Shown piece by piece: positions 38,901 through 51,426 of a stretch of 64,000 bases of DNA. The stretch comes from Raillietiella orientalis (lineage: Eukaryota). The number at the start of each line of letters is the position of its first letter. Position 1 is the stretch's first letter. Under the pieces are notes generated by a model. That model had not been told where the DNA came from and did not search any database. It saw only the letters and a program-made list of their open reading frames with translations. The stretch covers positions 3,472,001-3,536,000 of the forward strand of contig JAYWIR010000011.1 in NCBI GenBank assembly GCA_036172245.1, read 5' to 3'. The position numbers and the translations under genes were made by a program.

Positions 38901-40309
38901 CTTCCCAGTTTCCAAGAATCCTCTCATCTTTTTCGAATCCTTTCCATCTAACTGTGTTTATACCTTCTATTTCCTTTTCCTACTCTTCGCTTCCGCTCAT
39001 TGATCTCTCCAGATTCATGAGCGAAGGCAAATGAATCACGTGCTTAGCATCTGTTTTTGTTCTTAGGAAAAGAAGAAAAAAGCAACGGACAAATAGGGGA
39101 GAACATTTTTTTATATGTCTCTTTGAGAATTCCATTTATTCGATTAACTTCCAGATAGCTTGAAGATGTTTGTGCTTTGCCTTTCTTTGCTTTGGTTCCT
39201 CTGCTTGGGTTTGTGTGCACGCTCTGGGTTTGCTCTTCGCACTCCTGTGTCTGAATAATAAAGGAGGATTGGAGACGAGGTGAGACAGAAATCTGTTGTT
39301 TAAGAAGGGAAGGAGAAAGTTGAAGAGGAAATAGGAAAGCCAGAGAGAAGTAGTGAATTGTTTTCCTTCTGGGATGATCTCGCTCAAGCTACGAGCCAGG
39401 GGGAAACGCTCCTATCAATGCACGTGCCATTCTCAGCATTCTCGAGACAAAAAGCAGGACGACTTGATGATTCCATGTGACGACAGCAAACAGAACACAC
39501 GTGAGAAATCAACCTTCTCCCATTTCGTCCGGTTTCGGACCGAATCTTACAAAACGAAGGCGATCCAGAATGATGTTCTTCTTAGGGGAGGGAGGTTAAA
39601 TTAGGTCAAGATTTAATTCAAGGAGTGAACTGTCCATTGAGGAAGCTCCCAGAGAGTTGTGCAATCCTTCTGAGGAAATTTTGCACAGGAAGGCACATCC
39701 TACACTAAGTATACGAGCAGGGAGAACCAGGGACACCGCACTCAGGAGAGTTTTCGCTCATTTCTTTTCGAGGGCAGTGTGGATGAAGTCAGCCGTGATT
39801 CGTCCATCATATACTAAGTTTGCCAGGTGTGCTCATTGGTTGCATGGCTATCAGATCAGGCATTCAATTCACGTTTGACTACTAACTGCCAGTAGCTAGT
39901 GCGGACAAATGGTGGAGTGGGATTTTCAAAGGTCGATGTGCGCAGTGTTGACAACCTCTCCATCTGCTCCTCAGGGAGAGAATACAGTGACCGACGGGTC
40001 TTTTCTCATGACCAGCGCTTCCAGTATACGTTGCGAAAGAGTGTAGGACGTGAAGCACAACACCTCCTTCCCTGACATGCCTTCCCTGATTCTCCCAGTT
40101 CCCAGTTTCACATGGATCCCTCGGGACGAATGCTCGGCGCTCACTTGGAGAAGAGAGAGTTCTGATACTTGCTTTCCTTCTGTGGTCTTTGGTCTTTTAA
40201 AGTCGTTTGGATCTGGAAAGTACGGGCCGTGCTCATTATGAAGGGCCATTCATCTCCAGCTCAGTATGTCCTGAAACTACCCGAGCATTGAGCAGTTTTC
40301 AGACCTCGG

Positions 40310-40800
40310 ATGCCTGAAGGAAAGCAAGGGTGCCAATGTCTCCAGGGTTTCGCGTTGATCCCAGCTGCTAGGCCGCTTCTGGGACTTTTGGATAAGATCA
40401 AAGTGCAAGACTTGGGAACGCTGCTACCACCGTCTGCAAACCAATGCGTTCCCGGAACGGATTTAAACCTTCATCCGAACCTGCTAATCCAGAAGAGTAG
40501 CTGCCTGGTAGTAATGGATGTCTCCTCTCCGTTTCAACACGGGGAGGCAACCTTCAGCATTCTTAGACAGCAAAAAGAGCTCGAAGATGAAATATTGCTC
40601 AACGGTTGAATAGAAAAGGATTGCAAATCAAGTCCAAGCCTTCGTGGTGGTCTCACCGGGATGTTTGAATCCGAACAACGCAGTTCTTCTTGATTTGGGA
40701 GATTCTAGGCTGTACACCGAGAAAGAAGGACAGTCTATGGTTGTTTCTTGTATTCGGTGTAGTCAAGACGTATGTTGGGCCAATTGCCTTCGGCCCAACA
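40310..40800 (+). mobile_element. R2-superfamily (Utopia/NeSL-like) REL endonuclease fragment
   Basis: NQCVPGTDLNLHPNLLIQ...VMDVSSPFQHG..F...RQQK (RPD..D...PFE..K) then VVSPGCLNPNNAVLLDLG..RLY...MVVSCIRCSQDV. Confidence 0.75.
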
Positions 40801-40899
40801 GACGACGCCTAAAAGGAAAGGCGGCAACGGAAGATATTTGTCTGGGTCTCCAAATGAAGTTTGCCAATCAGAAGCCACTGAGGGACGTCTTCAAGGAGT

Positions 40900-41968
40900 G
40901 ACCTGCTAGTTTCAGACCTTGTGTATCACAAATTTGAAGATGTCGTAGACTAAGCAGCCAGCTCGCCGTGTGCAAGGGTGATTTCAGGAGGTTGTCGCTC
41001 GCACAGGCAATTCCTACTTGAGCCGTGCCTCTCGGACGGATGGGCAGCCATGAAAACTGTGCTCCCTGAATAAAAAGTGTCACGGTGCCTGGTGCTGACC
41101 AACTCACAACATGGGCTCAACGTTTGGTTGCTTCTCTAGATGTGGCTTGCATTTTCTTGATTCCAGATGCACTCAAGTTCTCATCCAGAGTACATCCATC
41201 CTCATATCCTGGATGAATGGCTATTCGAACTTGTATTTCATCTTCGTCTCACTAGACGCTTGCCTGTCCATTGTCCAAACACTCTCAATGCCCCTAGTGA
41301 GTCTGCTAAACTTCCCCTGTGTCTTTCCGAACATCGTTTTTCGGGTCTTCTTCCGTTGGCTCTAAGCAGAGTCTTTTCTGTTCCACCGCACAACTTGAAA
41401 TTCTTCAGGATAGTCTGTGATTGAACATCGATCCTTGTGTGGCCAGATCTGGAAGAGCCGGCAATCGGAATTGGCTATTCATTGAGGGGTTCTCCTGCCT
41501 CATCCCCTAAATTAGGAAGACGGAGACGTCCTTTCCGATCAGTAGGGCGTTCATGCACCTCTCTGGTCGGTGAGCTCGCTGGGACTTTACCTGCTTCCTC
41601 ATTCTGCGGTCAGAGACGTCAACCATAAGGAATCCTTCCTTATTCGCAGCCGATGTCCCAAGAGATGGTGCCTAAAGATATCAGGCAACGATCGGCTATT
41701 GCGACACACCAACTTCTTAATACATCCCACCTTTGGTTCTCTTCACAAGGCATAGTTCTCTGGGTGTCAGGGCCTCAGACATGCTACGGCGGGTACATGA
41801 AAAGCTCAGTCCCACTTGTCTGCATTTTTACCATTGTTCTTTGGTGCAGTCACCGGCCAGCTGTTGAGGAGTTTTTGAAAGGCATAAGACGTCCCCTACT
41901 TGTGGGATCAGATCGAGTCAGAAAAGAAATTGACGTCAGGCTGGTTGCAGTTCATCGAAGCCCATTGT
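40900..41968 (-). mobile_element. RTE-like endonuclease/linker remnant (continues at 43192-43340)
   Basis: DEDEIQVR linker-like segment; the piece beyond the L1 insertion reads VVR*KKQ...NHCIGNRNEPRRNG, like RTE APE (E.RW...G.F...Y.G....RRNGV). Confidence 0.45.
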
Positions 41969-43191
41969 TTTATCACACCCGGGTGGGCCGGGGCGTTTAT
42001 TTTTGTCAAAAAAACAAACAAATATGTGTAGGGCCATTGCCCTTACAACGTCCGACAAAAACTAGGCGCAGGCCGGCGAGTTCGACTCGGCAGCGGAGGG
42101 GAAGGGACAAATAAAAACAAAAAAAGAAAACACTGTTTACAAAAGCAGGAGGGGGGTCGGGAAAGGGATCACATTACGCTGGGGTCGTCCTCTACTTCCT
42201 TTCCGGGATGTTGGCAATTCAGTCCGTATACGTCCCAGAAGGGACCTTCCGGCTGCCGTCCTCAAGAAGCGCAGGGCGGAGCAGATGGTGTCCCTATCGT
42301 TCTGTCCACGAGTGGCGTTGCTTCAGGCCGCCAGCAAAGGGCTGCAAGGGCTGCGGCAGGCGAAAGGGAGTCGCGCACAAAGAGGCGCTTGAATACGTCT
42401 CTAGGATTGTTCATGGGTGCACCTAGGGCCGTTGCGAAACGCAACCACAGGGTTCGGAGGGCAGCACAGTCGAGAAGTAGGTGCAGGAGGGATTCCCCTA
42501 CCCCGCACCTGACACAGTTCGGGTTCACTGCCTCCCTCGTCCAGTGAGATCGGCGGGCGCTGCTGGGGAGTCCCCAATGCAACACCAGAAACGCCGACTC
42601 CTGCCACTTCAGAGGGAGGGCCCGGGTATTCCTCAGTACTGGGGGTCACTCGAGTACATTCAGCGGGATGCTCAGCAGTTCGCCCCAGTGCAATAACCCT
42701 TTCGGTGGGGCACTTGGGGTCTCAGCGTCAGTCAGCTGGCCCGTGGTCCAACTACCTTGTTCCGTCTCTCTCGTAGAGATTCTACATCGGACCTGCCAAT
42801 TGGCCGCTGACTACTGCTCAGGTGCTTCCTGAGGTAGGGCAGAGCCGCGGCTAGGGAGGCCCTCTCAGCCCAGTACTTGAGGCGGGCTGCACGATGATGT
42901 CCTGCAGCGAGTGGCTGTTGTAAAAGGAGTGCAGCAGTCGCTGCCCCAACATCGGGCTCGCTTCCTCAATCTGGGCCCATGTACGAAGGTTTTTCTGCAA
43001 CCAGGAAGTGCCGTTCGTGGGCCGGCAGGAGATCCAGGTGTTCATCCTGGTCAGCTTGATCACTCGCCGAAGTCTGCAGTGGAACAGGTACGGGCGCTTG
43101 CGGCGCGCTAGGAAGGCAGACAGTCCAGCGCAGCCGCTGGCTCGCTGGACCAGGTATCGCGCAGGCTCGCACCAGCTGGTGCTCCACAGGT
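41969..43191 (-). mobile_element. 5'-truncated L1/Tx1-like copy B with 8-bp target-site duplication
   Basis: Inverted homologue of 14958-16204; flanked by CCCATTGT at 41961-41968 and 43192-43199. Confidence 0.92.
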
Positions 43192-43340
43192 CCCATTGTC
43201 CTGGGTAGCCTTGTGGGTGCCTCCCATTTCGTCGTGGCTCATTGCGGTTGCCGATGCAATGATTCAAGATATTTGGGAAACTGTCCTTTTGTTTCTTTCA
43301 TCTGACGACGTGCTATCGCGCAGGGAACGACTTCTGCGTC
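43192..43340 (-). mobile_element. RTE-like APE N-terminal piece (host of L1 copy B)
   Basis: GNRNEPRRNG motif; joined to 40900-41968 through the TSD. Confidence 0.4.
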
Positions 43341-44949
43341 ACCTCATCCGAGGCATCCCGAAGGAATGAAAACAAAAAACAAAAAACAGCGAAGATGAAA
43401 AGAGAGTTCTGAAGAATCTTCCCTTGAGCCATTCCTTTCAGTAACAAGTGATAAGTCCTTGCTCCGTTTTTTCTGCCCTCTTGCATGCTGGCTTTCCCTT
43501 GAGAAACCGAGAATCAAAAGGAGCACATTCCTCAATAGAGATGACTCATCCAGCCTACTTATCAGTTTTGCTGCAGATTCAACTTCACGGCTCCTCATTC
43601 TTCATATTTTGCAGATAACCCTGATGAGTAGCACTCCACCCCGGTAAAAATTATCCTCGAGGCGCGCATGCATCAACAGACAAAGGCGAAATCTGCGGAT
43701 ACTCCCGCGCAGCTTCCAGCGCGTTCCGGTAGCTCTCAAACTGTCCTTCCCACTTTCGTCTCCGGTAGCCGTCGCGTCGGATGCTCCGTGAGCGCGCACG
43801 CGCCTGTAGGAAGTCGCGTCTTTCAGAAAATCGGAAGGGAAGCTGCTTCTCTTTCGCGCGTTTCGTCTAAAATGGAAGCAATCTGTCACATCTGGATCCT
43901 CAGAGAGATCTCATTCTTTTCCCCAGACAGGAGTGTAGGTTGCGTCTGAAGGCAGCTTGAGCGTTCCCGACCAGGTGCAGAGAACGAAAGCGGACGTCAG
44001 CCCGGCATTGCCCGTGCTGAGCAGACAGTTCAGCCCGTGAGGCCCCCTACATGGCGTGGCTTCTCCAGTAAGAGAGGTCTCGGACTGTGATCATCTGCTG
44101 CCCCCTTTCGAGGGTTTCCAGCAGCTCAACCCCTGGAACGAGGAAGACAAGTTCCGTTTTTACTTCGTCATCTGCAGAGATTCCGACGTGGATCCGGTCT
44201 AGGTTGAAGGGGGACAGAGCTGTCGTCAGTGTTGCTAGAAAGGCACATCTCTTGCCTGGCTGCAGGGACGGCTCGTGCACTCGCCGGTCTCTGTGCGAAA
44301 AGTCTTCTGGGACACACAGAGGTCTCTGGTCCGCTCGAAGCACTTGCGCGCTCCGCGTCGGGACGGAAGATTCGGTGCCGTTCTGAGGCTGGAAAGAATG
44401 AAATGCATCAGCTCCAGCTCCAAAGAGCAGCCCTGGCAGCGAAGTTTTGGATCACCCGCTGATACATGTTGGCCGGAATCCTGACCAAGCGAGCAGCCGG
44501 TCCACCTCGTTTCTCGTTTGCAAGACTGCCGCGAGGGGGGATGCCAGCTTCGGCAGATGATCGCCTTGGCTGAGGACCACACTCGAATTTCCTGTATGCC
44601 GACGAAGTGTGATGCCTGGAAATAGGAAGCGGCTCAGACATGGTAGAAAACCAGCCGCACGAGCCTGGAAGAAACACAACGTTTGCGGAGCTCCATTTGC
44701 GCTCGCTGCTCGCTGAAGAAGATGATGATCTGCCAAGGGAAGACCCTCTTGCTGGCTTAGAAAATCTTTCATGATGCGACACTGCTGCTCCTGCGGGATA
44801 GCCAGGACGGTCGCCAGCACGCAAGATGGGTTATAAACTGCAGCAAGATCTCAGGAAAAAAGAACCTATTGGGATGTTGAATAGCGTGTCAACTAGCTGA
44901 AGCTTCCACCCACGCCGCCCTCTCCAAAGAATTTATTTGCTAAGCGCAT

Positions 44950-45706
44950 ATCCTCGCAATCCTGTTGAAAGAAATCGAGATCCTAGCGGTGTTCTCGTAC
45001 AGTTCCCTCCTTCCCCCGAAGGGACAGGACCGGGCGTTAGGACTGCTGCATTGGGCCATCTGATGCAAAGCACGCCTCCACCACTGGACCAAAGGATATG
45101 CGGCCCCAAGGTGTGATAGGTGCGGCAAAGAGGAAACCTTACTCACCTGCTTTTGCAGGGTATTGATCTCCGATGTGTATCAAACGTCCACGTTCCTGAA
45201 CTTCCTAGGAGACCACTCGAGGGTCTCATTCAAACTTAACACGTGGAGGGATGTCTCCTGCTGTGACAATCGCAGTTTTGTGCTGCGTCCACAGTATCGT
45301 GGCAGCTGGAAGTCCCGACATGAGAGGCCGGAACAACAGAGAAGGCACCATCTCCATTAACTTCTCACTCCAAAAGATCGCGTTGAGATGGCAGCACCTG
45401 CGGCACAACCAGAAGGAACTTGCCGGTATCCTTGAGAGGATTTAGAGGCCACCAGAGAGCAATCTGTGGTCCCTTCCATCTACCCCCAAAACATCTTAGA
45501 ACCTTTTTTTTTGGTTTAATATTTATTTATTTTTGTTTGTTTCCCTTTCCTGGGCTGAGCTCTTCTGGAGACTACTGCGAACAGAGGACTCCTCCGGAGC
45601 CCGCGGAAGAGTAGCACTGCTCTGCCTCTTCAAAAAGTCTGAACGTTCTATAGAAGAAATTCTCATTTTTTTTTACAAGGAATGTCCCGGCATGACCGGG
45701 TTAAAA
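44950..45706 (+). mobile_element. L1/Tx1-like zf-RVT 3' fragment with UTR
   Basis: ALGLLHWAI*CKARLHHWTKGYAAPRCDRCGKEETL; KELAGILERI C-terminus; ends GTCCCGGCATGACCGGGTTAAAA. Confidence 0.75.
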
Positions 45707-46759
45707 CACACCTTCCGGTGCACAGCCTTCTTTCGCTACTTAGCGGGAGCGCTTCCTCCTGCACGGATTACGCCTAGTCCTCTTCCTTGGAGGGAGAGGA
45801 TCGATCGCAGATTCTACGTGCGATTCTTGAAGGGACGACTCCACACAGGATTCGAAGCATCGGACCAAGGAGACAAGACAGGCGCACCTGTGGAACTGTC
45901 ATCCACGACCGGGCAGGCACATGCAGCCACCTTGAGCAGGTGTAGAGATCCAATAAGATACCCTGACTTGGGAGCAGGATGACCTCAAATCAGAGACAGC
46001 TGTGTAGCTCCTGCCTAGCACGCTCTAATTAAGGCAATAGTATAGCAAGTTTTGTGTGCTCTCTGCTTGTGATGCAGACACAGGAAAGGAATGTTTTGGT
46101 GGGTCCAGACAAATTAAGATGGGTGTTTGCTGTTCTTCTCCGACCACAGCAGGCAGCTTGGATGGATACTTGGTTGTTCTTACTGTACAGAGTCTCCATT
46201 GAAAACGCCGATGGGAAGCAAGCTGATTAGAAAAACCAAATGGATAGTAACTTCTGCGAAGAAGGCAGCGAGGTTCTTGCGTTCCCTTCGAATCCAGATG
46301 AGGATGCAGATCGTAATTTTCTCCATGGACCATCCGTCTTGCAGTACCAGGGAGGCAAATTCAAGCTGGAGGGTCAGAAAGCGTGCCTGGATATTCCGCA
46401 GATGCTGAAGGATTCGTTCCAGGAGCTACGGCAGACTCTGATCCATCAACCACGGTGAATCGAATGATAAACGTCAAACTTTCCTCTGAGAAATGGCTGG
46501 ATTATTTCTCAGATGAGGAATGCTCTGCTGAGTTTTACATTGCACTGCACTTGAGGAACTGCCCATGGACATGTAGAAACTTCCAGATGTTCCATAAAGT
46601 GAGCCAATGAACCCCAATTTCTCTAATATAAGAAGACAGCGCGCATCACCTTATCTTCCGATAAGTCACAAATGCAAATGGTGATGCCTTCGTCCCGTTT
46701 TCGCAGGACTAGAAGGTCGCGTTAAACTGAGACTTCCCAAAGGAATGGAAAGCTGATCA

Positions 46760-47370
46760 GCATTTTATTTTCATTCTTTTCAAGCAGACGATCGGTTTTC
46801 TTTGCCTTGAGTGCTCTTGAGAACTCACTGCATGCAAGAACTCAACTTTTATTCGTATGGATGGACATATCATTGTCCATTCCTCCAGGAGGAGTTCTTT
46901 CTCGTGCTTTTGCGTAAGAAGAAGGCACACTGTCCTGCTTCGATCCAAGCACTTTCCACGGTATCTTCAAAGTACCTGATTCTCCCTTCGGGGGCCAAAA
47001 AAAAATGCCAACAAGTAAATGTGCAGCTGCCAAGTTACCTACTCATCCACATCCGCCTTTTTGTCGTCGGAAAGAAGTAACGCTCATCCTTTTACCTGAT
47101 ATGCATTCTCTTGGGTTTATCAGCTGACTCCACTCTCATCTCTCCCGATTCCCGCCAGAAGCAGTTTCGTTCAGCATCCAAGGAAGAGTTCATCTCACTA
47201 CAAAGTAGTGAGATGGGAAACCATTCCTTAGAAGGGTGTCGTTCAGAGCACAGTATCAAATTTTTAGATGGTATTTACATCACTTCCTTCGGAGTGCTGG
47301 TTCTCGACTCCTGTGATGAAGGAGCTGCTGTCACCAAAAAGTCTCGCTTTTTAAATTACAACTTCTAAAG
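46760..47370 (-). mobile_element. Possible pogo/Tigger-like DDE transposase remnant
   Basis: LLLEEWTMICPSIRIKVEFLH...PIVCLK resembles LL.DN..H....IKV.FLP.N.T...QP.D...LK. Confidence 0.35.
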
Positions 47371-47865
47371 CATTCAACGGAAAAGAAAAATGCGAACGTC
47401 GTTCAAGCGAAAACCCAAGAGTTCCATAAAATCACAGCGAACACACAAGATTTCTTCGTCCTCCATGTTGCGCCGTTGCGTTTTGTGTGTTCCCGATTTC
47501 TTCATCCCAATCAGCGCGCGCATTCCTCAGGGGAAATGCTCTTTCTGCAGCTCCTTTAACAATTTTCTCGCCGCTATCCTGATGTTTTCATTGATAGAAG
47601 GCTTATTGCGTCGACCAGGGGAGTAGTGAAAATTGCTATCCCGGCGCCTAGGATACGGAGTAAGATTGAATCTCCCGCACCATCTTCGTCATCATCAAGT
47701 CCACATCGGAGGCCGTATGGCTGAGGTCTCCGCGCGTGGTGCCAAGAGTTGCGGGTTCGAGTACCCATAAACGATCGATCATGAAGGTTTCAAGTCTTTG
47801 TGAAGACAAAGGCGTCCAGATGCTGATGGAAATCCTTTTGGAGTTTTTTCTGTCTTCTCTGTTTT

Positions 47866-48214
47866 TTAGTGTTTCGATTTACAATTACAAAACATTTTAC
47901 AGAGGAGGGCTCCTGACATTCTTCCGGAATTCTTCCTCTGTTCATCCGGGACTCTCGTCTCCCCTTATCATGTCGCTTCCACAGCTTCCTGTTCTTCGTC
48001 CCACGAGAGTTGACCGCTGAGGTTCTCCAGCTATATCCGTTTGTCGGTCCTTCGTGTGACGTGGACTGCGCAGATGTCACTGGAGTACCAGATGCATGAA
48101 GCCATCATACGGTACTTCATGGTCATCAAGCGCTTCTTCGGAATTCCAAGACCTTGCAGTACTTCTTTGTCACTTGGATCCCAGGCTTCCAGAGAGCCGA
48201 TGATGAAAGCATGT
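47866..48214 (-). mobile_element. 5'-truncated Utopia/NeSL-like REL element 3' end with UTR
   Basis: HAFIIGSLEAWDPSDKEVLQGLGIPKKRLMTMKYRMMASCIWYSSDICAVHVT is a canonical REL C-terminus; a short UTR follows the stop at 48031. Confidence 0.8.
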
Positions 48215-48760
48215 GAAATCCTTTTGGGTTCTTTCTCTCTCTTCACTGTTTTCCTTCCTGCTTTTTTTTTTTTTCTTCGAGTTTTCTTTTCTTTGGTTGG
48301 ATGAGTACCTTAAGAACCGTCTTGCACTCAGCAGCCCACGAAGCTCTTCAGCACTGCTCCACGCCACCTGAGGGTGCGTGTAATTCTTCAAGGTAGGAAA
48401 TACTCCTATGAATCCAGGAAGGGGTCTGGAGGAGGGAATTCGTTCCTCTCACGCCTGGGGAGGCGTCATGAAGGATCCCGAAGGGAACAACTCCACCTTG
48501 GTTGTCTACGAAGGGAATTCCGGAAGGAATCTCCTTCTTCATTCTCTCCAGAGAGACCCCCGGAGGGGTCCGTTCCATTTTTCTTCTCCAGAGTGAAAAC
48601 CCGCAAGGGAGCAACTCCCGTTTGCTCCCCTCCGTAGAGAACCCCGGAGGGACGCTTCCGGGTTTTCTCAGAAGGGAGCTCCCCGAAGGGAGCAGCACAC
48701 TTCTCTGCACTCTCTGGAGAGGTGTCATCGATCCACCAGCTCCATGGTTCGAAATGCGCA
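48215..48760 (+). repeat. Dispersed repeat family X, copy 3
   Basis: GAAATCCTTTTGG, T-rich tract, AAGAACCG...CACGAAGCTCTT and CCTATGAATCCAGGAAG. Confidence 0.75.
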
Positions 48761-48939
48761 ATTTGACTCAGTCGGATGTGAAGTTTTCCATTAAGAAATG
48801 GGGAAAGACTTTCCACAGGACTCTTTCTGGCGCCTTGCGACCTACAAAAAACTGTGTTCTCATACAAACCGATCATCGCCTAGGCAGACACTTTATGAAT
48901 GCATTTCAAATAAAAGACTACTTGACGAACTGAAATTTC

Positions 48940-49760
48940 AGCTGAAGACATAGGAGGAACGTCCCGAGAGGACATTTCCTCCTGAAGAGGCGGAAATTCC
49001 CTCTGTGTTCGCATGCCGCCCCACGCTTCCGCTGAGGTGGCAGGACTCGGCAGCATTGCGGTTACTGCACTGGGTGGTCCAAAGCAACAACTGACGAGTC
49101 CACCACTGGACGAAGAGGAATGCTGCCCGGACTGTTCCAGGTTCGGGGAACCTTCCCGCACTCGTTGTCGGATAGTGATACCCTCCTGAGTGCCCGCGAA
49201 CGCTTCGGCTCTCGCGCTCCAGAGTCAGGGAGGTCTTGCGGCGTCCTCTTCGCGCGCAACTCGATGTCTTCTGCAGCTTTCCTTGCAGTCCCCTGAGCTC
49301 CCTTCGTGGGATCGGGGTGGCAGGAAGCCGTGCCGAAAGAGGCCAGTCGAACGGTGAGGTCATCCCGATCGTCCGCCCCTTCATGAGGAAAATGACAAGA
49401 TGGTCACATCTCTGCCAGCAAAAGGAAGAAGTTGCCCATAGAATGCAGAGGATGATGAGGGCTCCAGGAAGAAATCTGTTATCTTTGCTCTTTTCCTCTC
49501 CCTACCCCCTTGTAATATTTTTTAAACTGAACTCCTGTGTATGTCTTTTTGCTTGTTTTTGCTTACTACCTCCCCCACTCCTCCTGTGAGGATCTCATCG
49601 GGTGAGCTGCTCACGAGAAGCAGCACCTCAGAGGCACTTCCTTTCGTAATAGTCATGTGAAGACACTAAGAAGGAAGATATTTTTTGATATTTTATATGG
49701 CTGTTGTTTTCTAAATATTTTGTTTTACAATAAACGCTACGGCGTGACCGGCTGAAAATA
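48940..49760 (+). mobile_element. L1/Tx1-like zf-RVT 3' fragment with UTR
   Basis: LPLRWQDSAALRLLHWVVQSN..RVHHWTK; EEVAHRMQRMM C-terminus; AATAAACGCTACGGCGTGACCGG end. Confidence 0.75.
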
Positions 49761-49764
49761 AAGG

Positions 49765-50510
49765 ATCGGTGACAGGGAAATGGGTGCGTCGTGGCTTCCG
49801 AGTTCCCCCTGCAAGATGACGCTGGTTGGCTTATTCGGGTGCGGCACTGGTGGAAGTTCCGGATGTTCCCACTCACTGACCAGTATTGGAAGTTGACCCT
49901 CCGGAGTCCTTCCAAGATTCAAGGAGTCCGTTCCCTTCGGGTTCCCTCTCTCCGGCTTTGAAAATGGAGCCGTTCTATCCCCCCCCCCTCCCGGAGGGAC
50001 CCTCCATCTCTGTCTATGGAGTTGGTGAATCGATGCTTCTCCAGAGTGTCAAGAAGTGCTCTGTCCCCTTCAGGAAACCTTTTTAGACCATCTGGAAGCG
50101 TCTCTTCAGAGCTCTCTTCAGGGAAGGAAACAACTTGCGGGTTCCTTACAGTGAAGAAAATGAGCGATCCCCTCTGGGGAGGTCGCTCCGGACACAACCA
50201 GGGCGAAGGTCATCTTCAAGGTTCCTTTCCAAGAGTAAGAAGAACAGTCTTGTTCCTCTGGAGCCTTCCTGAATTCATAGGTTGGTCCCTTCCCAAGATA
50301 CCCCCTAAAAATTGAATAGTCAACACGCACCCCCTGGTGGAGTGGACTATCTTAAAGAGCTTCGTAAGCCCCTAGGCGAACGGTTCTCGAGTACTTAGCG
50401 GACCAAGAAAAAGAAAACCTAAAGGAACAACAAGAAAAAAAAAAAGCTGGAAGGAAAACAGCGGAATAGAGAGAGAGAGAGAAAAAAACGAAAGGATTTC
50501 AATCATCATG
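49765..50510 (-). repeat. Dispersed repeat family X, copy 4
   Basis: AGAGCTTCGT..CTAGGCGAACGGTTCT.GAGTACT and A-rich tract ending AAAGGATTTCAATCATC (plus strand), shared with copies 1, 3 and 5. Confidence 0.75.
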
Positions 50511-51042
50511 ATAAAGAGACCCTGGCTTCCGGATAACGATCCTAAGCACCTGTTGCAGACTGGCCCCAGACGATCCTCAGCGCAGCGCGACACGTTTCTA
50601 ACCATCGTCTCCTATCACAGATTATCTATCCTTCCGGAATCCCTGAATGTGGTAGAGTGCGTCTGTTTGAAAGGGGATGTTTCTCTCGTCACGGCGAGTG
50701 TTCCTGTGTTCGTGAATCTGCCGTTATTGTACGAGCAGCTCATCTGGGATTCGCCACCGGACATTTCACTTTTTGAAGAGATGTCTTCCCCGATTACCTT
50801 AAACAGCGGGCACTCAAGTCGGTATGGTCCTTGTTTGCTTTTCGGTGTTGACCGCTAAGATTTTGAAGCCACACCATTCCGAAAGTGTGTTCCTGAACAC
50901 CGCCCTATAGAACCTTGATGCCTCGATTGTTATTTTATCTGTTACCTGGCCATTTGTTTCCTTAGTTAATTCCCTACTGCAGTGCTCCCTACGATCGGTT
51001 AGGATCATACATGCGTACTTTCCTTTGTTAACCTCTTCTTAA

Positions 51043-51426
51043 CCATTCCACGAAACGATCATCGATGCAGATGCCGGCTATCGCAGCCAGACGCAAAGCT
51101 GTATCAGAAAACGAGGATAGGCAATGACCACATTGTGACATTTAGAGACCTGGTCAGCCCTCTGAATGTGACAATGTGGTATCCTAGAAGTTTGCAGCAA
51201 AATTGCAGTAATTAATACCACTATGCATTTACAAAATTCTTAATTATATTACCGTTTCGTTTGGAACACGTTAATTATGACGATTGCTGTTTATCAAGTG
51301 AAATTAGTGCCCCCGGGTGAGGGAAAGGGCATCTCGGACGCCGCCCGCGCGGACAGCGTACGCTTGAGGCACGGCATTCCGCTCCGGGGTGGCGCACTGA
51401 CGGCCAGTTGAGTCGTAGCGAAAGGG
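51043..51426. mobile_element. Possible degenerate piggyBac-type MITE
   Basis: TTAA at 51039-42 and 51427-30; right end TCGTAGCGAAAGGG only partly matches left end CCATTCCACGAAACGA; internal inverted repeat 51127-51180. Confidence 0.4.

Noticed and set aside
16205..41967. Inversion of the 26-kb segment between the inverted L1 copies
   Set aside because: Copy B keeps matching TSDs on both sides and copy A is continuous with its upstream RT, so there is no sign of flank exchange.
43192..43340. R2-type CCHC finger (NILNHC...RH)
   Set aside because: The TSD links it to the RTE-like endonuclease on the other side of the L1 insertion, and RRNG fits RTE APE better.
49091..49115. Hammerhead-like core CTGACGA-GTCCACCACTGGAC-GAAG
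   Set aside because: GAAG instead of GAAA, no stems I/III, and it is the coding sequence of the zf-RVT HHWT motif.
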